Assembly (NCBI GenBank): GCA_001789355.1
Contig: MFZI01000023.1
Location: 1-33,446 of the forward strand
Source of the DNA: Candidatus Roizmanbacteria bacterium RIFCSPHIGHO2_01_FULL_39_8
GTDB taxonomy: Bacteria > Patescibacteriota > Microgenomatia > UBA1406 > GWC2-37-13
Direction of reading: 5' to 3'
Length of the DNA stretch: 33,446 nucleotides
The position numbers were made by a program, and so were the translations under genes. The notes beneath the pieces were generated by a model. That model did not search any database. It saw only the letters and a list, made by a program, of their open reading frames with translations, and had not been told where the DNA came from. This document shows, in pieces, positions 9,101 to 15,585 of this stretch (the stretch's first letter is position 1; the number at the start of each line of letters is the position of its first letter).

Positions 9101-9502
9101 TCAGTTGGATCTTTTATTCGTAGGGAGTTCCTTGAAAATTTCAAGCTCGAGCAATTGAGGCAAATTCGTTTTAAGCTCTGATTTTATATTGACTTTGTTG
9201 AGTTGATTCTGAAATTGTTGATACAAATCATCGAATATCCTAAAAAAAACTTCTTTCTGGTTGGCATTAATATACCTAAATTCTTTGTGAAATGTCTCAT
9301 CCAGCTTTCCCAGACTCCATAGCGTTTCAATAAGGTGTGTATTATTGAGCTGCAAAAAAGAAACATCACCCGCGATTGGCTTCACTTTGAATTTCATCAT
9401 CCGTACTTCGCTTACCATATCTTGAATGGGAGGTTTGGCAGCAAGGATCTTTTTTAAGCGATTAAAAATTTCCAGAACGTCTTTTTTATTTTTTCTGATC
9501 AT
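9101..9502 (-). CDS. Hypothetical protein
   Basis: ORF with no recognisable motif. I preferred the start at MIRKNKK (9502) because it leaves a divergent intergenic region with yqeY. Confidence 0.45.
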   Translation of the reverse strand: MIRKNKKDVLEIFNRLKKILAAKPPIQDMVSEVRMMKFKVKPIAGDVSFLQLNNTHLIETLWSLGKLDETFHKEFRYINANQKEVFFRIFDDLYQQFQNQLNKVNIKSELKTNLPQLLELEIFKELPTNKRSN

Positions 9503-9560
9503 ATTCGTGTGCCACTCTCGGCGTGATTTTGTTATCGCTCCTGCGTGATATAATGTATAA

Positions 9561-10013
9561 ATGGTCAAACAAAAAATAATTCAGGACCAAATCCTGGCAA
9601 TGAAACAAAGAGACCAGAATAAAGTCACAACGCTACGATATATTCTAGCACAATTGAAGAACAAAGAGATCGACAAAAAAGGTGAACTTTCGGATGAAGA
9701 AGAATTAGTCATTCTAAGAAAAATCGGTAAGGAGTTAAAAGAGTCAATTGACGCCTTCAGAAAGGGAAAAAGGGAGGATTTAATCGCTCAGTACGAATCA
9801 CAGTTGAAATTATTGGGAACATATCTTCCTCAGGAAATATCAGACGAAGAGTTAAAAAAAGAAATTGGAAAAATTATTTTAGATAATAAAGAATTATATG
9901 ACAAGAATCCCAAAGTAATCATAGGAATAGCCATGAAACAACTAAAAAATAAAGCCGACCCCACCCGCATCCTCAAATTACTTCGAACTAGCGAACTAAC
10001 TAATAACGAATAA
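9561..10013 (+). CDS. GatB/YqeY domain protein
   Basis: 150 aa. The N-terminus IIQDQILAMKQRDQNKVTTLRYILAQLKNKEID and the LPQEISDEEL segment are typical of YqeY. Confidence 0.85.
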   Translation: MVKQKIIQDQILAMKQRDQNKVTTLRYILAQLKNKEIDKKGELSDEEELVILRKIGKELKESIDAFRKGKREDLIAQYESQLKLLGTYLPQEISDEELKKEIGKIILDNKELYDKNPKVIIGIAMKQLKNKADPTRILKLLRTSELTNNE

Positions 10014-10035
10014 CGATCTTTGCTATACTTTTACT

Positions 10036-10374
10036 ATGAGACTGATTAGGAAGATATTTTTTATATTGCTTATTTTATTTTTTTTCTCTTCTTTAACAAA
10101 GAATCTTTTAGATTTTGGAAAAAAACTTGCTTTCTATGAGGATTTTAAAAATAGTTACGAAAAAGAAAAAAAAAGGAACTCTGAGCTACAGACAGAGTAT
10201 CTGAAAAAAAAAGATCCGAACGAAGTTGAAAAAACAATCAGAAATAAACTCAATCTTCTTAAACCAAATGAAGTGGCAATTATCCTCAAACAGCCAACGC
10301 CCATCCCAACCATCCTTACTCCAACCCCTCTTCCCAACTACCAACAATGGTGGAATGTGTTTTTTAGCCAATGA
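10036..10374 (+). CDS. Septum formation initiator (FtsB/DivIC-like) membrane protein
   Basis: An N-terminal TM helix is followed by a coiled-coil segment, then KIRNKLNLLKPNEVAII and a Pro/Thr-rich tail. Confidence 0.55.
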   Translation: MRLIRKIFFILLILFFFSSLTKNLLDFGKKLAFYEDFKNSYEKEKKRNSELQTEYLKKKDPNEVEKTIRNKLNLLKPNEVAIILKQPTPIPTILTPTPLPNYQQWWNVFFSQ

Positions 10375-10444
10375 CAAGGCCATAAATGCAACCGAGCCGG
10401 TTGCAGAAAGGCTTACAGTACAATCTAATATTCATCATTTCTAA

Positions 10445-10473
10445 TTGAAAAAGAATTGGATAAAAAGTATAAT
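10445..10473 (+). promoter_or_regulatory. Sigma-70-type promoter for the intron-containing tRNA gene
   Basis: TTGAAA (10445-10450), a 17-nt spacer, then TATAAT (10468-10473), 10 nt upstream of tRNA position 1. Confidence 0.45.
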
Positions 10474-10483
10474 ATGCACAATA

Positions 10484-10747
10484 TACGGGGTAGTGTACGG
10501 TTGCACAGGAGGCTCAAATATGGGCTCATTTCGAAGTAATTCGAGACTAGAAAATTCGGCTGTATCGGTGGAATCCTTCGAGTCGGAGGGCAATACCGAG
10601 GAAACCTTAACATGAGGTTTAAGGGATCCGTAGAGACTATACGCCGAATCCCGATTAAATCGGGAAAGATATAGTCCGACACTCTTGGTAACAAGAGAAA
10701 CCGGTAGCATAATCTCCTAGACCGTGGTTCAACTCCCGGCCCCGTAA
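10484..10747 (+). tRNA. tRNA with anticodon CAU (Met or Ile2/lysidine type) interrupted by a group I intron; exons 10484-10514 and 10708-10747
   Basis: Spliced product is 71 nt. Acceptor TACGGGG/CCCCGTA with A73, U8, D stem GTGT/GCAC with a GG loop. Anticodon stem GGAGG/TCTCC and loop CT-CAT-AA. T loop GG-TTCAACT-CC. The T stem has one bulged T (CCG-T-GG/CCCGG). No CCA is encoded. Confidence 0.7.
10515..10707 (+). ncRNA. Group I self-splicing intron (small, ORF-less, IC3-like)
   Basis: The intron follows U33 and ends in G (10707). P1 is GGCU|C paired to GGGCU, with a U.G at the splice site. P10 is UAUG paired to the 3' exon CAUA. P2 is TCGAA-GTAA-TTCGA and P3 is ATTCGGC/GCCGAAT. P4 is GGAATCC/GGATCC with a bulged A, P7 is GACTAT/ATAGTC and P8 is CCCGA-TTAAA-TCGGG. 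P9 is CTCTTG-GTAA-CAAGAG. The conserved strings GTAGAGACTATACG and AAGATATAGTCC are also present. Confidence 0.8.
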
Positions 10748-10780
10748 CATAGGTAGTAAAGAAATGCTATACTATTCTTC

Positions 10781-11713
10781 ATGACCAACTTCCTCATTTC
10801 GATAGTCATTCCCGTCTACAACGAAGAGCAAAACATCCAACCACTCCTTAAAACACTTATTCCTATCCTCAAACCATATCAATATGAAATTATTTTTGTC
10901 GATGACGGGTCTAAAGATCAGACTATTCCGCTCATAAAACAAGAGGCTAAAAAATCTCAAAGCGTCAAACTCCTTAGCTTCCAGCGCAATTTCGGCCATC
11001 AGATGGCCCTCACCGCAGGCTACCACTTTGCTAAAGGTGCTTGTACGATTACTCTTGATGCAGACCTTCAGGATCCACCTGATATTATTCCCAAAATGAT
11101 CGAGAGGTGGGAAAAGGGGGCAAAAATTGTCTACGCAAAGCGAACAAAAAGAGATTCCGACAGTTTCTTTAAAAAATTGACTGCCCAGGCATTTTATCGT
11201 TTCATCAATTTCCTCTCCGACACACAGATCCCAGATGACGTCGGTGATTTTCGCTTGCTTGATCGTGAAGTCGTAGACTTTCTCAAAGGACTTCCGGAAC
11301 AGTCCCGCTTCTTACGCGGTCTTGTAGCCTGGTCTGGATTCCCCGCCTCTTATGTTACTTTTGAAAGACAGAAAAGGCACGCCGGTGAAACCCACTATCC
11401 CTTCTCCAAAATGCTCAACTTTGCACTAGAGGGCATTGCCTCATTTTCAGTAAAACCTCTTCGGCTTTCCATCTATTTGGGGTTTATTGCATCGGCCCTA
11501 AGTATTTTGGTGATCGCTTTTAAATCAGTACAGCATTTTATTTTCCACCAAGGTGATTGGCTACCGGGCTGGGCCTCACTTTTTTTCTCCATCGTTTTCC
11601 TGGGGGGGATTCAGCTTATTACCATAGGTATTATTGGTGAGTATGTAGGCAAAATATATAAAGAAGTACAAAAACGGCCACAGTTTTTGATAAAAGAGAA
11701 AATTAATCTTTAG
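10781..11713 (+). CDS. Family 2 glycosyltransferase, polyprenol-phosphate sugar transferase type (GtrB/ArnC/DPM1-like)
   Basis: ISIVIPVYNEE, IIFVDDGSKD, LDADLQDPP motifs plus two C-terminal TM helices. Confidence 0.9.
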   Translation: MTNFLISIVIPVYNEEQNIQPLLKTLIPILKPYQYEIIFVDDGSKDQTIPLIKQEAKKSQSVKLLSFQRNFGHQMALTAGYHFAKGACTITLDADLQDPPDIIPKMIERWEKGAKIVYAKRTKRDSDSFFKKLTAQAFYRFINFLSDTQIPDDVGDFRLLDREVVDFLKGLPEQSRFLRGLVAWSGFPASYVTFERQKRHAGETHYPFSKMLNFALEGIASFSVKPLRLSIYLGFIASALSILVIAFKSVQHFIFHQGDWLPGWASLFFSIVFLGGIQLITIGIIGEYVGKIYKEVQKRPQFLIKEKINL

Positions 11714-11786
11714 CTATTTGCTAATTAGCTCTTTGCTTTTTAGTTTTTCTCATAGCTAACCATTTAATAATCTAAAAGCTAATATT

Positions 11787-11936
11787 GTGAAAATAGTTGG
11801 TTCCATCTTTATCGCTTTCGGGCTTGCTCTCATGGTCTTTCTTCTTTTCATGTATATGGGGGATAGAGATAAGATGGTATCTCCTATTCCTGAGGAAAGA
11901 GGCGTGAAGGTGATTTTTGTTACCCCCGCAAAATAG
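11787..11936 (+). CDS. Possible 49-aa single-pass membrane peptide (not in the ORF track)
   Basis: GTG-initiated ORF MKIVGSIFIAFGLALMVFLLFMYMGDRDKMVSPIPEERGVKVIFVTPAK. Its clean TM helix makes it more plausible than the 72-aa antisense ORF 11756..11974. Confidence 0.3.
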   Translation: MKIVGSIFIAFGLALMVFLLFMYMGDRDKMVSPIPEERGVKVIFVTPAK

Positions 11937-12041
11937 TGCAAAGTGCAAAAATCAAAGATCAAAGCTTGGCTCAAAAATTAAATCCTATAAAACTTTAGCT
12001 TTGAACTCGTTTTTGACATTTGAAGTTTGATCTTTGAACTC

Positions 12042-12410
12042 TTATGGACCTGGTATCTCCAACTTAAACAACTTACAGCTGCTTCCGAATCCTCCCAAGA
12101 AAAGAACGCAGATGATATTGAGGATAAGATAGGCGCTCACGAAGAGAATGAGACCTAGGATTGCAAATTTAAGTGTCCCCTGGGCTTTTTTTACCCCTTC
12201 CGGATTGCCAAGTGAAGTGAGGTAGCGAAATGCGCCGACGACGAACATGATGAATAATACAAGAACAAAAAGAGCCGAAGACATAAAAAGAATATTTCCA
12301 AAAACTACTTCGAGACATTTTAGGGTTGGCACTTCTACCCCCCCAACGTCAACTAAACAACCCGAAGTTGCCCAATCTCTCACCTGAGCATTGACGACAA
12401 AATTATACAT
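12042..12410 (-). CDS. TrbC/VirB2-like 'T4SS pilin' family protein (divergent paralog)
   Basis: Two-TM hairpin with the loop motif YLTSLGNPEGVKKAQGTLKFAILGLILF. This matches the (S/T)xGGNxE..KAK..I...I.G pattern of T4SS-pilin-like proteins. Confidence 0.6.
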   Translation of the reverse strand: MYNFVVNAQVRDWATSGCLVDVGGVEVPTLKCLEVVFGNILFMSSALFVLVLFIMFVVGAFRYLTSLGNPEGVKKAQGTLKFAILGLILFVSAYLILNIICVLFLGGFGSSCKLFKLEIPGP

Positions 12411-12445
12411 AAGGAAATATATGAAAGATTACCAAAATGGAGAAG

Positions 12446-12958
12446 TTATAGCAAGTTCGGTAAGGTAAGTGGGCAGGATATACCAAAGCATACAGCCTTT
12501 TTAAAAATGATTTGTTCAAAAACAACGATGATTGAAAGCACCGCAACAATAATAATAATTCCTAGTATTGCGGCAGTGATCTTGTCTCTTGCCTTATCAA
12601 CACTCTCTTTGTTACCACCTGAGGTGACCCAGGCCATAGCTCCCAAGAGAAGAAACATCAAAGCGAGTAATCCGGCAAGGACGAAAAAACCTCTAACCGC
12701 AAAAGTGAGAAAGGTACTCATCGTTGGGATTACAAAGCCAAGACCACCAGCGGTTACTGGACCGGTATTCACCCGAACAACCGTAGAAGGATCTGCACAG
12801 GCATTGCCTACCGCTTGACCGATTGCTGCACATGTAGCCGGGTCGCCTGGTGCAGCGAGAGTCTGTGCCCATTTAAATGTTTGAGTAGCAGCGTCAAGTT
12901 TACATTCACAAACAGCGTAAACTGGTCGAATTATTTTATCTAAAATTGCTTGTAACAT
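12446..12958 (-). CDS. TrbC/VirB2-like 'T4SS pilin' family protein
   Basis: C-terminal module LGFVIPTMSTFLTFAVRGFFVLAGLLALMFLLLGAMAWVTSGGNKESVDKARDKITAAILGIIIIVAVL...CFGISCPLTLPNLL. The N-terminal part is Cys-rich and variable. Confidence 0.7.
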   Translation of the reverse strand: MLQAILDKIIRPVYAVCECKLDAATQTFKWAQTLAAPGDPATCAAIGQAVGNACADPSTVVRVNTGPVTAGGLGFVIPTMSTFLTFAVRGFFVLAGLLALMFLLLGAMAWVTSGGNKESVDKARDKITAAILGIIIIVAVLSIIVVFEQIIFKKAVCFGISCPLTLPNLL

Positions 12959-12964
12959 ATTATC

Positions 12965-13390
12965 TTAAGGACCTGACTTTTGTAATAGATTAGGTAATAC
13001 AAGATCACACGATATTCCAAAACAAAGCTTTCCTTTGAATACCACTTGTTCTAATGTTACCATAATTGCCAAGACTGCTACAATGAGGACTACTCCCAAA
13101 ATTGCAGCGGTAATCTTGTCTCTTGCCTTATCTACACTTTCTTTATTTCCACCTGAGGTGACCCATCCCATAGCTCCCAAAAGAAGAAACATCAAAGCGA
13201 GTAACCCGGCAAGGACAAAAAAGCCTCGGATTGCAAAAGTGAGGAAGGTGCTAAAACTTGGAATAGTGAAACCCAGTTCTGAATCACTTATCTGAATTTG
13301 ATCCGTGGGAACAGGAGTAGAAGAGGGAACCTGGGCCAAAACTGACTTTACTAAAAAAGAGTTTATAAATTGGAAGATTTTAGCAACCAT
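12965..13390 (-). CDS. TrbC/VirB2-like 'T4SS pilin' family protein
   Basis: It has the same C-terminal module as 12446..12958, and the nucleotide blocks are nearly identical. The signal-like N-terminus is MVAKIFQFINSFLVKSVLAQ. The track start at 13435 is probably an upstream extension. Confidence 0.7.
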   Translation of the reverse strand: MVAKIFQFINSFLVKSVLAQVPSSTPVPTDQIQISDSELGFTIPSFSTFLTFAIRGFFVLAGLLALMFLLLGAMGWVTSGGNKESVDKARDKITAAILGVVLIVAVLAIMVTLEQVVFKGKLCFGISCDLVLPNLLQKSGP

Positions 13391-13446
13391 ATATTTCTTA
13401 CAAAAAAGAATACTCAATACAATATGCTTTGTCAAGCCCCATTTGA

Positions 13447-15003
13447 TTACTCTTCTTTGAGACGATACTGTAGAGCTTCAGAAACAAACACTGCTTCAAT
13501 TTTATTTCTATCGTTTAAGTCGGCGATAGTCTGAGCAACCTTTATTATTTTGAAATAAGACCGCGCCGAAAGTGAAAGTCGCGATATGGCCTGCTTTAAA
13601 AAATCGATCGCTTCTTTCGAGAACTGACAGTATTTTTTGATCTGAGATGAGCTCATTTCACCATTGGTCTTCACAGAAGAATTTTTAAACCTCGTTTGCT
13701 GTCTTTGCCGAGCCACCTCTACCCGCTCTCGAACTTTTGCACTCGGTTCCGATTCTTTGTACAGATTTAGGCTTTCTTCCCGTACCGGAGGAACATCTAC
13801 ATGTAAATCAATACGATCAAGAAGTGGCCCAGATAATCTTTTGCGATATTTTAAAATTCCTCCGGGTAAACAATGACAAGGTTTTTTGGGATTTCCCAAG
13901 TTGCCACAAGGGCACGGGTTCGAGGCCGCAAGAAGCAAAAAACGAGAAGGAAACGTAAGACTTCCTGAAGCCCTCGATATCGAAACTTTTCCATCCTCCA
14001 AAGGTTGGCGCAAAGCCTCCAACACCGATCGGGAGAATTCGGGCAACTCGTCCAAAAATAGCACTCCCCGATGAGCCAAAGAAATCTCGCCAGGTTTAGG
14101 AATCGTTCCCCCACCGATGAGCCCTATCCGCGAAGTTGTGTGGTGAGGTGAGCGGAAAGGTCTCGCAGTCATAAAAAATGTATCTTCCAGTAATCCTGAA
14201 ACTGAATAAATTTTTGAGACCTCGAGCATTTCATCTCGATCCATCCGAGGGAGAACCGAGGGAAAGGCCCGAGATAACATAGTTTTGCCCGCTCCGGGAG
14301 GACCTTTAAGAAGGAGGTTGTGAAATCCGCTTGCCGCAATCTCAAGGGCCCGCTTGGCCTGGATCTGCCCTTTAATTTCGGAAAAATCAAATTCATATGT
14401 GCTTTCTTTAGCAAGGTGTTCCCAACTCAATTTTATTTGTTGAGCAATTTCTTTGTATCCGTTGAGGTGTAAGATCAGATCAGAAAGATTTTCTACCGGA
14501 TAGATATGCAGACCATCTACTAGACTTGCTTCTTTCGCACTTTCCAAAGGGATATAGAGATCCTTATATTTCAATTTTTTTGCCAAAAGGGCTATCGAAA
14601 TAACTCCGGGAACCCGCCGAACCTTTCCTTCCAAAGAAAGCTCTCCTAAAAATAGACTTTTTGTCAAATGTTCTTTTTGTACAGATCCTGATGCTGCTAA
14701 AATTCCTATCGCGATCGGGAGATCAAAGCGTGACCCTTCTTTAGGGATATCTGCCGGAGCAAGATTGATCGTAAGCCGGGAATCCGGCATCTCAAACCCG
14801 ACATTCTCGATCGCTGCCCTTACTCTATCTTTCGCTTCGTCTATTGACTTGCTGGGAAGGCCGACGATACTAAAAGTGGGGAAACCCTTTCCTGCCACGT
14901 CTACCTCCACCTCAATAAGTACACCATCCAAACCAATTGTGGTACCGGAACATACTTTAGCCAACACGTAATCAATGTAGAATTTACCTCTGGAAGAAGT
15001 CAA
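13447..15003 (-). CDS. comM: YifB/ComM family Mg-chelatase-like AAA+ ATPase
   Basis: Lon-like N-domain, Walker A GPPGAGKT, Walker B VLFLDELPEF and the C-terminal ChlI-like region. The track start at 15003 is a TTG. An in-frame GTG at 14977 (VLAKVCSG) matches the usual MLAKV N-terminus better. Confidence 0.9.
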   Translation of the reverse strand: MTSSRGKFYIDYVLAKVCSGTTIGLDGVLIEVEVDVAGKGFPTFSIVGLPSKSIDEAKDRVRAAIENVGFEMPDSRLTINLAPADIPKEGSRFDLPIAIGILAASGSVQKEHLTKSLFLGELSLEGKVRRVPGVISIALLAKKLKYKDLYIPLESAKEASLVDGLHIYPVENLSDLILHLNGYKEIAQQIKLSWEHLAKESTYEFDFSEIKGQIQAKRALEIAASGFHNLLLKGPPGAGKTMLSRAFPSVLPRMDRDEMLEVSKIYSVSGLLEDTFFMTARPFRSPHHTTSRIGLIGGGTIPKPGEISLAHRGVLFLDELPEFSRSVLEALRQPLEDGKVSISRASGSLTFPSRFLLLAASNPCPCGNLGNPKKPCHCLPGGILKYRKRLSGPLLDRIDLHVDVPPVREESLNLYKESEPSAKVRERVEVARQRQQTRFKNSSVKTNGEMSSSQIKKYCQFSKEAIDFLKQAISRLSLSARSYFKIIKVAQTIADLNDRNKIEAVFVSEALQYRLKEE

Positions 15004-15031
15004 TGGACTATAAGCGACAAAAGGAGAAGTT

Positions 15032-15343
15032 TTACCTATTAGAAGAAGTCTTTTCTTTCATTTCCAAATGCTTGAACCAGCTACGTTTGAGAAGGATTGC
15101 AATGACGGCATAGACTCCGATATCGATCCATGAATCTTCTATGGATTCATTCACCGGTTTCTTGCCGTTCATGAGAAGATTTTTAATTCTATTGAATTTT
15201 TCCGAGATGCGAAAGGCTATCCCCAACTCCCCCATATCCAAAATGTTGCCTTTTCCGTAATCTTTATGTTTTTTCTTAAAAGTCTCAACCATCTTGCGAC
15301 ATACTTCTTCAAAGGCCTCATCAAGATATTTCGGTGATTTCAT
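15032..15343 (-). CDS. DUF1599-like (nucleotide-modification-associated domain 1 / MazG-like helical) protein
   Basis: KKHKDYGKGNILDMGELGIAFRISEKFNRIKNLL fits the K.DYG....MG..GI..R..DK..RI.NL pattern of DUF1599. I preferred the start at MKSPKYL. Confidence 0.5.
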   Translation of the reverse strand: MKSPKYLDEAFEEVCRKMVETFKKKHKDYGKGNILDMGELGIAFRISEKFNRIKNLLMNGKKPVNESIEDSWIDIGVYAVIAILLKRSWFKHLEMKEKTSSNR

Positions 15344-15560
15344 TGAATCGATTATACAAACAATTAAACGGCTTGTCATGCTGAATTTATTTCAGTATCT
15401 GGCTTTAGAATCGGATCCTGAAACAAGTTCAGGATGACTATCATTTTGATCTACTATGTCATACATCGTTCTCTTGACTCAAAATTAAAATGAGTATAGA
15501 ATTCATCCCCAGTATGTTGCATCGACTCATTAGAAAATTCCGAATTTCTCATTAACAGTT

Positions 15561-15582
15561 CCCCCACCAGGGGGATTTTTTT
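15561..15582 (+). promoter_or_regulatory. GC hairpin plus U-run immediately upstream of the start codon (terminator-like, SD-sequestering)
   Basis: CCCCC-ACCA-GGGGG followed by ATTTTTTT, ending 3 nt before the ATG at 15586. A possible promoter is TTGACT (15474-15479), a 17-nt spacer, then TAGAAT (15497-15502). Confidence 0.35.
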
Positions 15583-15585
15583 AAT

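Noticed and set aside
10425-10710. Two 89-aa minus-strand ORFs from the six-frame track.
   Set aside because: They lie antisense across the tRNA/group I intron gene, and their peptides are low-complexity with no start context.
10484-10747. First impression of a tmRNA: tRNA-like 3' end GGTTCAACTCC and a 5' GGGG.
   Set aside because: There is no G3:U70 pair, no plausible tag reading frame ending in a hydrophobic tail, and only 264 nt. The interior matches a complete group I intron core, and the flanks assemble into an ordinary tRNA with anticodon CAU.
12507-13295. Plus-strand ORFs 12507..12818 and 13035..13295 (103 and 86 aa).
   Set aside because: They are antisense shadows of the pilin-like genes. 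Their similarity to each other only mirrors the duplicated module on the other strand.
12446-13435. Diversity-generating retroelement (template/variable repeat) as an explanation for the near-identical pilin modules.
   Set aside because: Substitutions between the copies are of all types (A/T, C/T, G/A, G/T, G/C) rather than adenine-specific. No reverse transcriptase ORF is present in the window.
13664-14971. Several 60-87-aa ORFs on both strands inside comM. The same kind of ORF occurs inside the permease, metK, thyA, HD and dcd genes and the regulator gene at 20240..21451.
   Set aside because: They are embedded in, or antisense to, strongly motif-supported genes, so they are typical six-frame noise.
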